From: Paramecium tetraurelia | Taxonomy: Eukaryota | Direction: 5' to 3' | Assembly: GCA_000165425.1 (NCBI GenBank) | Contig: CT867995.1 | Coordinates: 209,173-273,172 of the forward strand | DNA length: 64,000 nucleotides | Shown: one piece after another, positions 1 through 13,517 of the stretch | How the letters are laid out: every line of letters begins with the position of its first letter | Numbering within the stretch: position 1 is the stretch's first letter | Made by a program: the position numbers and the translations under genes | Notes under the pieces: generated by a model | Told to the model about the DNA's origin: nothing | What the model saw: only the letters and a program-made list of their open reading frames with translations | Databases searched by the model: none

Positions 1-1652
1 GTTGAATTTGAAAGAGTTTAGCGCAAAATCTACATTAATTATTAACGATGAAACAAATTATGATCAATTTCTCAGAACTCACTGATGATGCCAAAAAAAA
101 ATATATTACTTTTCTAGCTGAAAGCAATATAAGTATAGAAAAGCAATCAATTAAGAAACCTACTATGCCACAATAGCATCGAGCCAGACAATACAGTGCT
201 AATTCTGACATTGCAAGTTTTAAGTCATATACTCCAACAAGTAAATTGCAATTGAATCTCTAAATTAGAGTCTAAAACATACATTTAATCTCATGTCAAG
301 ACAGAGCATTCAATTACTACTAAATTCGATGATCTGATCGATGCATATCCCACCATCATGAATTAAATATCCAATTAGGATCTACTCTCAAGGCCACTCA
401 AATTAAATTTGAATGAGCTCTGTCTCATCATTGAAGAAATATACTAAAGAAAATTCATTGATGATACAAATTAATTAACTAAATACTAAACTGTGTGCGA
501 TATATCCTTTGCAGATTATGTCTATAATTTTTTATTACAGAAATTCAAGCATTCCAGAAATCAAGTATTAGACCAACATATAAATTAGCAAATCATCAAT
601 TTCCTTGCATCTGTCGATCTGCATTCACTTAGAAAAAAAGACATAAGCCTCTTTCAATCATTCTTAAGGTATTAGAGATAAGAAGTTTTGACCTTCTATT
701 TATATACAAGAGCCGTGATCTAGAAAGAACTTAAACTATCTTTTTATCATCGTATTATTTACATTTTAATTTATAATAGCACTCCGCAAATAATGTATTG
801 ATAATGAGTAGTTGTAATTAAATTAAAAATAAGTGTAACAAATCTCACAACTTCTGTATAATAGTGAAGATAGGTACTAGGAATTCAAAAAGTATTTTAA
901 GGGGAATAATATATCAGTCAGTGATTTTTTTTCTGCTGCTCTGCATATTTATGAAATACAGCATTAAACACATAAATAAAAGCCATTCTAATCATAAATC
1001 AAATACATACCTCCACTGCAATTCACAAATACTACTAATAATTTTGATGAGTATTAAGTGGATTCTCCATTATTTGCTTAATCTGAAGTAGCCACAGATT
1101 AGAACCAATAACAAGAGAAGTATTTTGCATCCACTGGTCCAAGTCAATAGAATAGCAATTAGAAAGAGTAAGAGTAAGAACTAGAAGTCTAATTCAAGTT
1201 TAAGAAAAAGAATGACAACTTTAATTTAGTTTAATAAAACATAAATGAGAAGTTGGAAGTCAAATTAACAAGATTTATCTAAGATTTACTTGAGGAAATG
1301 GGGGAGTTAGATTTTGAATAGAAAACATAAAAGTTAGAGGAACTGTAGAACTGTATAGATGGAATTATGAATACTCTTTTGGATGCTATATACAAATATG
1401 ATAAGCTATTATGGTACTCTTAATGATTGTTATGAAGGTTCAAAAGATTGAACAAACAACCAGATGATATAGGGTTAGAATATATTGAAAATCTTTAAAA
1501 AGTGTACAGGAGTTTAAGCAAAACTAAATAACCTTAAAATGAAGATCTTGAAAAATTCAGTTGCTCATTAATGCAAGTATGTAATGTAATAAACAAAGAC
1601 ACCAGAGTTGGCTAAGTAGATAGAAAGTGAATTGCCTTGGTTGGGAGAATGA
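1..1652 (+). CDS. Hypothetical helical/coiled-coil protein, 5' truncated by the window edge
   Basis: Reads open in code 6 with several ~22-28 nt GT..AG introns; ends ...KQIESELPWLGE-TGA(1650-1652). Confidence 0.7.
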
Positions 1653-1681
1653 TACTAAATAATTAAATATAATATAAAAAT

Positions 1682-2326
1682 ATGAGTATTATGAATTGGG
1701 GCAATCCATATGATTGGACAGCTGTAGAGTGGTAAAGTGCCACATGGGGAGAAAGATTTATGTATATCGATCCTTACTTTTGGAGGTAGATGTGAATGAT
1801 TATATATCTAGTTATTTTGGAGTGGCATTGGCATTAGCAACATCAATTATAGGAGCATCATGGGGTATATTTGTGACAGGCGTATCCTTGTTGGGATCGA
1901 CTGTGAAAGCACCACGAATTAGATCGAAGAATTTGATTTCAGTCATTTTTTGTGAGGCTGTGGCCATCTATGGGGTGATTATGGCAATCATCATGATTGG
2001 TAAAGTACAAACCATTGAGTCATACCCTCAGGATCAAATGGCATAGTGTTATACAACAGCTTTGTTTGGTGGTTATTCCCTCTTTTGGACTGGTGTATCT
2101 GTTGGATTGTCGAATCTGATTTGTGGGTATTAAAATAATGTTAATCAACTTTAGTATTGCAGTTGGTGTTACAGGCTCAGGATGTGCCATTGCCGATGCT
2201 TAGACTCCAGAGACTTTTGTGAAAATTCTAGTGGTCGAAATCTTTGGATCTGCACTAGGATTGTTTGGTGTGATTGTTGGTATTATCCAATGTTCAGGAG
2301 CCTCCTTCCTCAAGGATTGTCTTTGA
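1682..2326 (+). CDS. VMA16: V-type H+-ATPase 21 kDa proteolipid subunit c''
   Basis: [33 protein letters not shown] and [22 protein letters not shown] motifs; introns ~1786-1810 and ~2127-2154. Confidence 0.95.
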
Positions 2327-2548
2327 ATTTTCACATTAAAACATATATATATAATATAGATAATGGTTTCATTTCTCATTGCATCAACTCTAAACTCGAT
2401 CAATTAACCCTATTAACAATCATCATAAATAATACTAATTTAATTTTGTTGCAAAATTAATTCACATACATAGTATAATGATCTATTATCATACCCTTAA
2501 ATAAACTTAAGCAAACCCATTCTACAATTGTAATATACAAAATTTGTG

Positions 2549-3669
2549 ATGGCCAGCATCAATATCAATACTGTTAATATCGAACAACAGGGTTTCTGTC
2601 TATGCTGTAAATAACTAACTGCCAATGGAACTATCCTATAAATTTAGAATTTTAATGATTCTCTCTACACTCAACTTTAAGAAAACAGTTGGCGCAAATC
2701 AGGCCAATTATTCTACCATTCCAATCCCAAAAGTTGTTGCCAACAAATCGTCTGCAAAGTCCCTATTTGCCAATACGCTTCCCCTAAAAGGTGTTTAAAA
2801 GCATTGAGGTAATAGATTTTAATTACTCTAGTAAGTTGACTTAAGAATATTTCGATGTCGAACCAATTAAATAATCTATATTTAGCAATTTATTATAATA
2901 CGTCGATATGTCCCGTCCTACTCCATAGACCTTATAAACTAAGTAGGCCTTCCAACACTATTTACTAACATTGGCAAAACGATTGAATTATACATCTATA
3001 ACCAAATGTGGATTTAAAAATAATTTACATGATGAACTCAACAAACACGTTTAATCATTAAATAATGAGTTGCATATGGAAGTCAAAGTTGACAAAAAAA
3101 ATTATTTACATTTTAAATGGCCCAGTGGCTTTGTAGCTTTGTTAAGAAAATCAAAAAGGAGTAGTTTAAATGTGATTACCAAACAAGCCACTTATGATGA
3201 AGAAGCACACCATTTATTCAATGAAAACTATGTTCAGTTTTCAAAGTAAAGTTACGAAAAAATGTTTTGTGATTCCCAATCTCAAATGATCAAATATTAT
3301 GCTAATTCTCAACTGGCAGCTGTCAGCTTTGTCGAATTCAGATCGAACTCATTCCATAGATTGAGTTTTCATTACACACAACAAATCAAAGAAATTAATA
3401 GAATTGCTATAGATTATGAAATTAAATGGGCACAAGAATTAAATTTAACTAATTATTATTATGTCAAAAAAAGCAGGATTACAACAAATCAGGACTAAGC
3501 GATCAAGGACACTATTGATGAGAATTTTCCTATATTCAGAGGATCTAAAATGATTTAGATCAAATAACTAAGATCTGTTTATTAAAAGTATCTTATTGAA
3601 CTACTTACTAAAATGAACTCAATTATGGGTCCATAATTATTTAAAGTTTTTATATTTAAATATGAATGA
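2549..3669 (+). CDS. Divergent arginyl-tRNA--protein transferase (ATE1)-like protein
   Basis: N-terminal CLCC...YTQLQENSWRKSGQLFYHSNPKSCCQ resembles ATE_N (GWRRSG..Y.P...CC); KYYANSQLAAVSFVEF...EIKWAQELNLTNYYY resembles ATE_C; one 23-nt intron; ~365 aa. Confidence 0.65.
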
Positions 3670-4444
3670 TTATAAAAAGATAACATTTCAAGATTATTAA
3701 CTTATTCTATTTTTAGTATTTATTAATTTTTATTGTTATTTACTTTATATGATAATCTATTTATTTTGATCTCTTTATTACACATTTTATAAGTACATGT
3801 GATTATAGTAAGTAGAATTACGTTACGATTTGTAAATAAGAATCAAATTGCATATCATATGAAACCATCAATCTATACTTTATATGGATTCAATTTATTT
3901 ACTCAAGCTGATTTTTACTTTTCTTGTTGTTAAAGTGCGATTGATTTACTTGAAGAGTTGACTAACATTAAAATATATATTGTGTGTATTGATTTTAATG
4001 ATTCTGAATGTTAAAAAATAATATGTTAATTATATAATCAATATATTTATTAATAATTACTTTGCTCCTTATGTTGATATTCAATTCACATTATTTAATT
4101 ATCATAAATGTTACATCTATGAATAAATTAACAATATTGGGAGGTTTTTAAAAAAATACAATTATGTTAAGATTTTTTGTTAGATAAAGATATTAGATTG
4201 ACAAATGTTTATTATAAGTCAAATTAATAGAATAAATTCTTTTTTTTATGTGAATATTAGTTATTGAATATTTTTGTTATTGTCAGTTATATAGATCAAC
4301 TAATTTGATGAATTTAGAGGGGTAAGTGGGTTTGTACAGCCAGTATAGTGGATATTCTGTCAGTTTTCTGAAGATTTTGAAAGATGAGTAAGAGAATTAG
4401 ATAATTTATGTGTTAATGAGTTCTTATTTAGTTTAATTTTAAAT

Positions 4445-5127
4445 ATGAGTGAAACAAAGGTATGTTAATGCTGGTAAGTAATTGACTTATATTTGAGCTT
4501 GGAAGAAGTTTTGGCTACTAATTATTTGCTTCATTCCCTCTATTGCGAGCGTAACATTATAAAATGCGAAATCTGTGATCAACGAATAGATTCGAATGAA
4601 AAGAATGCTCATATGGAGTCACACTAGAAAGTATGATTGAGTAGATGATTAGACTGAATGCTCTTATTGCTCATAAATGTTTGAAAAGAGTCTATTGGAA
4701 ATGCATAAGATCAATTGTCCCAATAAGCCAGAGAAGTGTGGATTTTGCGATTTGATGATAAATCTGAGTGAGATGCCAAGACATTAAGCAAAGTGTGGTT
4801 CTAGAACTGAATAATGTTAAATTTGCAAAAAGCATATACAAAAAAGAGGTAAACATAAAACTTGATTTTCTAGAGTTCAACCTGCATACAAGTGTTTGTG
4901 GAGAAGGAGATTAAAAGGAAACTTCAAAGCGAAATCGATTAAAACGCATTACAAGTGAGTCTGGATCTGATGCATCAGTATAAGAAGTAAAGTAGATTCC
5001 AAAGAGAAAACCACAGAAATAGGTTAAATAGCAATCGAAATAAAAAGAGTAAATATTGACAGAATATAATGACGATGACGATAAGGATTTCTAATAGGCT
5101 TTGTAAATGAGTCTGAATTAAAAATGA
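4445..5127 (+). CDS. TRAF-type zinc-finger protein (XAF1/TRAFD1-like) with C-terminal UIM
   Basis: Repeated CxxC..H..C units (LHSLYCERNIIKCEIC, HQAKCGSRTEQCQIC); C-terminal DDDDKDFQQALQMSL ubiquitin-interacting motif; short introns. Confidence 0.8.
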
Positions 5128-5848
5128 ATTAATAAAACTCAAGTTTGTGTATACGTTTTAGAGCAATAAGAGAACATCGGCATTTATCTCATCCCATTCA
5201 TCGAACTCCGAAACCATAAAAATGGCGAAGTTCCAGCATACCCAGATTCTTTTCTTTCTCTTCAGTGAAACAATTTCCAAAATTGCCTGAAAGAATGAGA
5301 AGAAAAAGTTGTCATTGCAATCACTGTGGTAGTCTGACAACATTACAATATCGAAATATGAGTGTTCCATTCATCAAAAAGGTTTCACGTCTCAGGAAAT
5401 AACCATCCATGAATAACAGTCGATTGTTGACAGCCCAAAATACAAGTAAGATGAGTATTAATTAGAAAAACTATTCAGAAAATATTCAGCTTCCAGACAA
5501 GACACTGTAGCCTATCCCTCTTCTTCTTAATTATTACTCACTACTCTTCGTAGAGCTTCTGCTAGAAGTACTGAGAAATTGATTGAGGATACCTAAATCC
5601 GTATCTTTGAACCACCTAAATCTTGTAGAAGCCATCTCTTGTCCAATCCTCAATCAGAAGAAATTAAAAGCATAACACTTCAAATTCCCAAGTCTCAAAG
5701 AATCATCAAAACACAACCTCAAGATAACCATAACATTAAACTACTTCATACAAGAAGCATGCCAAGGATCTATACAAGAAACTTTCTTAATAATTACTTA
5801 ACTAAATATAAGAAAAAGAAAACCATTTTGCATTTATAAAAAAATTGA
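5124..5848 (+). CDS. Hypothetical basic protein with RRKSCHCNHCG motif
   Basis: Open in code 6 from ATG 5124 with one 20-nt intron (5446-5465), 234 aa; start codon uncertain. Confidence 0.65.
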
Positions 5849-5868
5849 CCAATTTTATAAATTTATTT

Positions 5869-6595
5869 ATGAATTTTAGAAATCGCATCTTTAAAATCAA
5901 GATCTCATCAGTTATTACTCCATAATTGTAACTATTTCAAATTTATTCAAGAGTTGAGAAAGTTGCTGACTCACTAGATAAATGGTCCATTTACAAACCT
6001 GAATGCATTGCTCTTATCATTAATTCTCTAGGTGGATCTCTCATTCAAACTTAAAATCTAGCCAACCTCATAAAAAAGTATAGTCAAACTAATAAGTACT
6101 AATAATTTTATCGTAGAATTCCAATCTACTGTTTTGGAGAAGACATAGTAATCAAAAGCGCATTAGGATTATTGACTATTGGTGATAAGGCTTATGTGAG
6201 TTAATAAAATTAAAATTATAGATCCCTATGCTATTGTTGGGAATATGGGATATGCACAGCCTTTTTTTGATTTAAGAAAACTAGCCTCAAATTGGCATAT
6301 TTATTAGAAACATATTGTAACAAATGAGAACATGAAACTTTTAAATCCATTGACTGAATTATCTGAAAAAAATAAAGAATGGGTAGAACAATAAATGAAG
6401 AACCAAGAAGCTGAATTAATCAATATGATTGAAATTAATAGGAAATTAGATAAATCGACATTTGAAGATAGAGTAAAAGAAGTTTATCATAATGGAATCG
6501 TTCAGCCAAATGTATTATTAAAACACGGCATAATCGACGGTTATATAGGCTTTGATACTATGAGTTAAGGAAAGAAAGTCCGTAAATTAATGTGA
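5869..6595 (+). CDS. Peptidase S49 (SppA-like) family protein, probably inactive
   Basis: IALIINSLGGS, IPIYCFGED, GDKAYVNPYAIVGNMG motifs of the ClpP/crotonase-fold S49 family; two short introns. Confidence 0.75.
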
Positions 6596-7199
6596 TTAAA
6601 TTATTATGAGTAATAATTAAAAAATCAAGTTTATATATTATAAGTATTCATCTAATATTATTGATTTTCAATATTATAAATAATTTATATAATAAATGGT
6701 TTATGCATGTGGATATAGTAATTATATATTAAACAATAAATGGTATAAATTCGATAATAATTACATTGTTATAATTTAATGTAATTGAAAAAATAAAAAG
6801 AGCAAACTTTGTATTTTTCAATGGAAATAAACAAAATTCAATTAATTTAAATTTAATCCGAGAAAGTCAATTTCAAATATAATGAAATATTAGAGAAATT
6901 TTCAGATTATTAAAAATAATTAAGAGATTTAATCAAATAAATCATAATTATAAAAACAAAAGATTTGCATATAGTAGTTTATATAATAAAAGATATCAAA
7001 TGGAAATACAAGTACAGTTTTGTTTATTCTTAAACTATCATAATTCTACTTACTTACATATATTATTATAAATTAATTTTGATTCTTGCACTTACATTTA
7101 GATGTAATTTAAACAAAATGCTTAATTAATAGTTAAGTTGAAAATGGGGAATATATTAACATATCAATCTCACATTTATACATTAATTATATAACTAAA

Positions 7200-7629
7200 T
7201 CATTTTTTTGATTTGAGAACTTTCTCATAGGTCGTTTAAGTTTCCTTTTTGAGAAAAGGCATAGATTTTTTTCGAGAAGCTTTAACAGTGGGGCTTGAAA
7301 ATTAGGAAATGGGTCTAATAATACTTTTTAAATATAGCGATAGATGCGTACCTTATGTCAGCATTGAATATTTATTGTCCTAAATCAAGGGCTTAGCTCT
7401 TAGATGCTTTGACTCTATTGGCTGCATTCCTATTGGAAGAGACACAATTTTCCTTATTTTCATGGTCGATACTAAAATCAAAATTGATGGGTGTTGGTTG
7501 AATGGAAATGTTAAAGTTGTGGTAACCTAGCTTTTTTTGAGTAGTTTTCTTGCGACATTCTTCACAAACCAATTTGAGCTTTTCATCAATTAGTTTATTA
7601 ACGAGTTTCTTGAGAGCCAATTGATCCAT
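7200..7629 (-). CDS. Hypothetical protein
   Basis: MDQLALKKLVNKLIDEKLKLVCEECRKK..., continues in code 6 to TGA at 7200-7202; one intron inferred from length. Confidence 0.6.
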
Positions 7630-7670
7630 TAACGTAATTATTAATTAAAAAAATTAATTATAACAATCGC

Positions 7671-9315
7671 ATGAGTCACAGCTCTATGGAGTAAAGGGTA
7701 TAAGAGATTAAAGTAATTGTAGAATGGACAATTATTAGTGATGACAATCCAAATAGACGATAAGCGAAGTGGAAGAATAGACGTATTCGAGGGAGATGAT
7801 CCTGAAATACTGGCACGAGATTTTTGCATTAAATATAGCCTAAATCAAAGAGTGGCACCATTACTTATAGATAATATTCAAAAGCAAATCTCAATAGCAC
7901 ACAAGGAACGCATGAACATGGTTCAATACGTAAGTAGTTGGAGTCTAATTTTTATTTAGTTATCTCAAAAGAAGTAGAACCAAAGAGCAACTGAGTAATC
8001 TAGTGAAATGCAAACTTAGCAACAAGGCTCTTCTCCGATTATTGCCTAATCTCAATAGTCTCCAATGAAACAAGAAAGCATAAGCTAAACTGTATATGAC
8101 AGACTATATCAAGACGCTCATAATAAAAAGCTGAAAAGACAATTGCAATTATCTGAAAACAAGTCTAGTAGTTAGATTATGAAGTCTCAAGAGTCAGAAG
8201 TGAATTATGGTTTGATCCTCTATTAAAAGGGAATTCAAAAAAAAGAAGAGAAATTGCAAAAGGCTGAAAGTGCAAGAAAAGATTTACAAAAGTCTTAACT
8301 AGTTGAATGTACTCATAAACCTCAAATTAATTCTCTTTCATCTAAAATAGCCTAGCGTTCTCCTAAACCGGTTGGGGAACATTTAAATGAATTAGCAAAG
8401 GTAATACAGGAGAAAAGAGAGAATGCCTAAAATTATAAGTTGGAAATGGAATAACAAAGTTGCTCCTTTCATCCTTAAATTAATAGAGTGTAATCTAATC
8501 CAATTATATTTTAAGTTCTTCCTCAATAGTTGATGAGAAAAAGAAATAATCTTAAATTGCAATTCCCCATTACGAATCACTATATCAGGATATGGATGTG
8601 AAGCAACAAAAAATAAATGAATTAGACAGAAATTATTTTGCTTAGAAGCACACATTTCATCCTAAAATAGATTAAATATCTGAACAATTAGTTTAAGGTC
8701 TAAGTTTTGAAGAAAGAAGATAAAAGTTTAGAAATAAATCCAAAGAACGGAACTCTAGTGCTGATGAGAGCAATATGTTTAGACCCAGAACAGGTAGACC
8801 ACCTGAGTAAAGGCCAGAAAATTTGTTTGATAATCTTTATAAAGATGCATAATTATTAGCCTAAAAAAGGGCAGCAATAGAAACTGTTAGTAAGGAGAAG
8901 ATGATGACTTAATCGAAAGTGAGAGCAAGTTAAAAATCAGAATTTTTAACACAGTAAGCCGTGATTAATTCTCTTTCTAATATTTTCGATTAGATTGACA
9001 ACGATAATGATGGTGAAATAGATGCAATCAGAATAAATTTAGGAAATCTGAATTAGACTGTTATTCAAATACTCTAGCCATTAATTTCTGAAATGGAAGA
9101 AGGTAGACATGTTCTTACAAAGAGTGAATTCATCGAATCAGCAATGAGATTAGTTTTCACGCTTTCAAACAAGGAAAAACATGATTTATTGAAAAAGCCT
9201 AGTGCTAAAAAGTCTAATGTTCCAACTTATTCTTTTCATGTGTAACATTTTAATTAATTTTTAGCCATCAATCAATTAAAGACCATAAAAAAGTTCTGGA
9301 TCAAAAAACAGATGA
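7671..9315 (+). CDS. Hypothetical protein with repeated F/H-x-P-x-IN motifs and C-terminal EF-hand-like motif
   Basis: IDVFEGDDPEILARDFCIKY N-terminal domain; CTHKPQIN, CSFHPQIN, HTFHPKID repeats; IFDQIDNDNDGEID; four short introns. Confidence 0.75.
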
Positions 9316-9360
9316 ATGCTCGCATTGTTTTATTTATTTGAGATTATTTAATTATATATA

Positions 9361-9903
9361 ATGTAATTTTCCAATGGCTTTTCCAGATGTGTTGCCGATC
9401 TTATGAATTCATAAAATTAATTTAACTAAGTAATAAAATAGTACAAAAGATATCTCTTTATTATTTATTAATAATAATAATATTTAATAAATAAAATTTC
9501 CCAAGCAAACGTATCAGTTGATGTCATGGCTGTTAAAAATAGAAAGTTCTTCGCTTGTTTATACTCAAAATGGGGAATGAGATCAGTTAATTTTGTAACC
9601 TTTCATTTTTCACTATAACACATCGAGAAGTATCCAATAGTTGATTATTTCAATAAATATTTTAATTAAATTTTTGAAAGCGACATGAATTCCCTCAATA
9701 TAGAGAACAACAAATTTATGAAGAGAGCAATTCAACGAAAATCCTAAAGAGAAATTAGTTTAACTCCAACAATCGTTTTTTCAAACAAAGAAATTGAAAT
9801 AGATGACTTCGATTCTCCAACAACCTTAAATTTATAAATACCAATCTTTAGTCCGACAAAAATGATATTTTCTTTGCCTAAATCTGCTGGCACAATCAAA
9901 TGA
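9361..9903 (+). CDS. Hypothetical protein (180 aa)
   Basis: Uninterrupted ATG-to-TGA ORF of 181 codons in code 6. Confidence 0.6.
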
Positions 9904-10226
9904 TTTATCTCCTACATATCTTATATTATTCATTCAAATTTTTTGAAAGATAGACTATATTTTATTATGTGTAACTTTGGAATTAACCGGTGATCCTTCG
10001 TCAATGAAAGAATTTGAATTAATAAATTATAATAGAAATTAGCATAGAATGCAGTCTATATTATGGATCAATAGAAGATATATCCATTTCGAGAAATATA
10101 AATCATATTATCTAATTAATAAACAAATAATTTCTAAAAGCGAACTTCAAAAAAACAATTAATATTTTTTGCCATTATAGTCAATTATAAAAACAAAGTA
10201 CATTAATAGAGTCAATTTTGTAAGGT

Positions 10227-11764
10227 TCAATTCATTATCTTTGACAATTTGATCAATTCAATATAAACCAAAGTTTCTTTTTCTAGAGGGATCTTAAGGT
10301 TATTCTCCAATTCATTTTGAATCCCTTGAGTTAAAAACCTGGCTATTTGCTGCTCTTAAAATGATAACTGAATATTAATGTAAATACATACTTAATGGTT
10401 CATAATAGATTATTTATATTATTATTCTTTTGAAATTGCCACCAACTCTGCTAAAAGACTAGCAATTTATTCAAAAGCTTATCTATTCTGTTTTGCTTGC
10501 AATTCCAATCTTTTAATGTGAGTCTGATATTTTTGGAAGGAAGGAATATTGTATCCTTTTGAATTAGGTCTGATAATTTTTAGATTGTCTTTTATTTGTT
10601 GTTCATAATACGCATTTATTTTTGAGATGCGATTTTGATGTTTGAATAAGATTGGCATCGTAGAAATATAATCCTTCAATAATAATTATATGCCATATTT
10701 GAACACTATGAATAGTCCTTCCAGATCATTTTGAAGTTATAATCTTTCTGCCAAATCGATCCAATATGACAAAGCTTCCTATCTCTTATATTTACAAGGA
10801 CTTTTAACGACTGAGTAAATGATGTATTATGAGAAGGAGTTAATTCTTTTGAAATACTATATTAAAATATAATTTTACATATTTAAGACCTCCTCTAACA
10901 ACTACATTTTTAATTTGTAAATCTGCGTAAAAGGTTTGATTAATGATGCTTAATATTTTGGCTACTTCTTCTGGGTGCCAAGGAAATATTTCGTTTTCCT
11001 TTAGCACAGGAAGAGGTTTAGAATTTTAACTCATTCCAACTCCTAAGTATGGTTTTGATTGTTGGTCTTCTGCAAATTTTGATTTGGAAATAGTTGATAT
11101 GGTTTATTCTATGAAAGCAATAAAGATTTTATCGTTCTTCAACTCATTGGAGCGATATTGAAAGATGAAATTGAAAAATATGGGGATTGAATTCTGACAT
11201 GAAACATAGTTTGTCATATCCATCTAGTTTTCGTTTTGGATCCATTTCCATATGAGATACAAAGAAAAAGTGAATAGGTTTGTAAAGTAATCTACAGTTA
11301 ATACTATGCTTAATTTGATTTTTGAATCTTCATTTTGAATTTCTTTTTCTATTAATGAATTGAATGCACAGTCTTTGAAAAAAGTATCTAAGGTTAGACA
11401 TTTTGATGTGAAATGTTCCAACCAATCTTCTTAGGATTTGAATACAAAAGTGAAGGATTGTTTAGCAGCTTCAGATAAGATGTCTAAATCTAAAATTTAA
11501 GTGTCTTTTTGTACCTAAACATTTTGAATAATTATGTTGCATACATTCATCTGGCAGAGTTCGAGAGGATTGTAAACTAGATGAAGAGCAAGCAGAATTG
11601 CATTAATGTTCTCGTCTCATATCCATAAAAGAGTCAGTGCCATCTGAAAATTGTGAATAAAAGCTAGCCGGTATTCTCTGGGTTTAAACATCATAAGTCT
11701 TTGCCTTTATAATTTCACTCTCTTCATTTTCGGGGCAAAAGAATAGTGAATTTTATTCCTACAT
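10227..11764 (-). CDS. Hypothetical protein
   Basis: Long code-6 reading frame with short introns, joining track ORFs 10479-10679 and 11224-11421; ends ...IKLSKIMN-TGA. Confidence 0.7.
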
Positions 11765-11939
11765 TATTTCTTATTTGAGATGAATTTTATTAATAAAAAT
11801 TAAATAAAGTTTCCACTTCATTTACAATACCTTAATATTGCAATGAATTTTATGATTACTAAATAATATCATATCCAACTGATAAAAACTTATTGGGAAG
11901 ATGAGAATAACAAATTAACATTTCTATAAATAATAAGAA

Positions 11940-12293
11940 TCAAAATTTGACTTTCTTTCTACACATGTCGATCTGCTTGGAATAGATTTCAGTTTTATCG
12001 CTAACACTGTCGTCATTTCGAATTTGATTTTAAATTATTTCATCCTTGTGTCTGATAATATCTTGCAATTTCGCAATCTCCTAATAGCATTTCTGTATCT
12101 CGCTTTGCATACTCTAATTGTAATGCTTCGGCTTATTAGGCTTTTTAATGTTACTCTTTAAAAGTTCATTCTCCTATCGTAAAAGCTTCACTTGGGTTTC
12201 TGCAATCTCCAACTAATTTTTGATGCTTTCAACTTACTTTTCAAGAGTCTACATTTCATTTATGGTTTCTCTACAATGATCACAATGTTCCAT
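11940..12293 (-). CDS. Small coiled-coil protein (117 aa)
   Basis: Intronless code-6 ORF MEHCDHCRETINEMQTLEKQVESIKNQLEIAE... with heptad pattern. Confidence 0.7.
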
Positions 12294-12504
12294 TAATTAA
12301 AAATTTATATATAAATATTATTAAATATAATAAAAGAAATCCCCCATAGCCATAAAAATAATCTGATAGAGAGACTCTCAACACAAATGGTTACTGTATA
12401 AATATAATTGCATTCAAAAATATCTTATTTATCTCTGTTCCTAACATCTAATTCAATAGATTAAACATTCATTAAATTTAAGTTTAAATAATCCCTCCTA
12501 ATTA

Positions 12505-13390
12505 ATGCAATTAAGAAGCGGCGTACTCAAAAAGCCCCCAACCAGAAATTATATTTCAGGCTATCAAATATTCTACGCAGAAAAATTACCTGAACTGAGA
12601 AAAGAAGGCAAATTCTAAATTGGAGATGCAGGTCACAAGATCTCAGAAATGTGGAGAGAATTAGAGGATGATGAGAGGTCGAAATATGAAGACTAGTTCA
12701 ATGAGATGGAATCCAAATACAAAGAAGACTTGATATTGTATTACGGAGGAAATCTACATGACATAAAAAAATATAAGTCATTAATGGAAATTCCAGAAAA
12801 ACCAAGAAAACCTGCTTCTGCCTGTTTAGTTTATATTGCAGAGCATAGAAAGGAATATTCCAATCAGAATCCAGATATGAACATGGCACAACTGACAAAG
12901 TCTTTGGCTGACAAATATGGGGGACTTCCAAATAAGGATAAAAAAAGATATGAAGATGATTTTCAAAAGAAGTTGGAATAATACCACAAGGATATCGAGA
13001 TTTGGTAAAAGTATATATGCTGTTTTAATATTACTCTAGAAAATTTGCTTAGAAATCAGAAGAATTTGAAAAATTAATTGAAGAAAAATTCAAGCGATCG
13101 GCTTCAAAATAAGATTTGGAATATCAAGAACTACCACCTTATAAGAGAGGTCCAAGGAAAATGAAGGAGGAGGATGAAACAGCCCCATAGAAATCTGAGA
13201 AGAAGGAGGATAAAAAAGATGAAAAAGCCAAGTATAGCATATTTATTAATTCTAATGAAGCAAAAAAAGTAGTAAAAATAACAAGGATGAAGGCAAGGGT
13301 GCATAGAATAAAGGAGAGTCGAAGAAATATCTAGAAGTAGACCAAAAGGATGAACATAATAGAAGAAAATCAGGATAAAAAAAATAGTGA
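12505..13390 (+). CDS. HMG-box protein (two HMG boxes, charged tail)
   Basis: SGYQIFYAE...ISEMWREL...SKYED and PEKPRKPASACLVYIAEHR...LADKY...KKRYED; two introns. Confidence 0.9.
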
Positions 13391-13517
13391 AATTACCACA
13401 ATATTATTTTCCAAAATTTTCTGTTAAATTATATAAAATTTTAAGCAAGATTCTAAAAATGGATTCATAGAGGAATATCGAATATTGTAAATTAGATATA
13501 ATATATAAATATTCATA

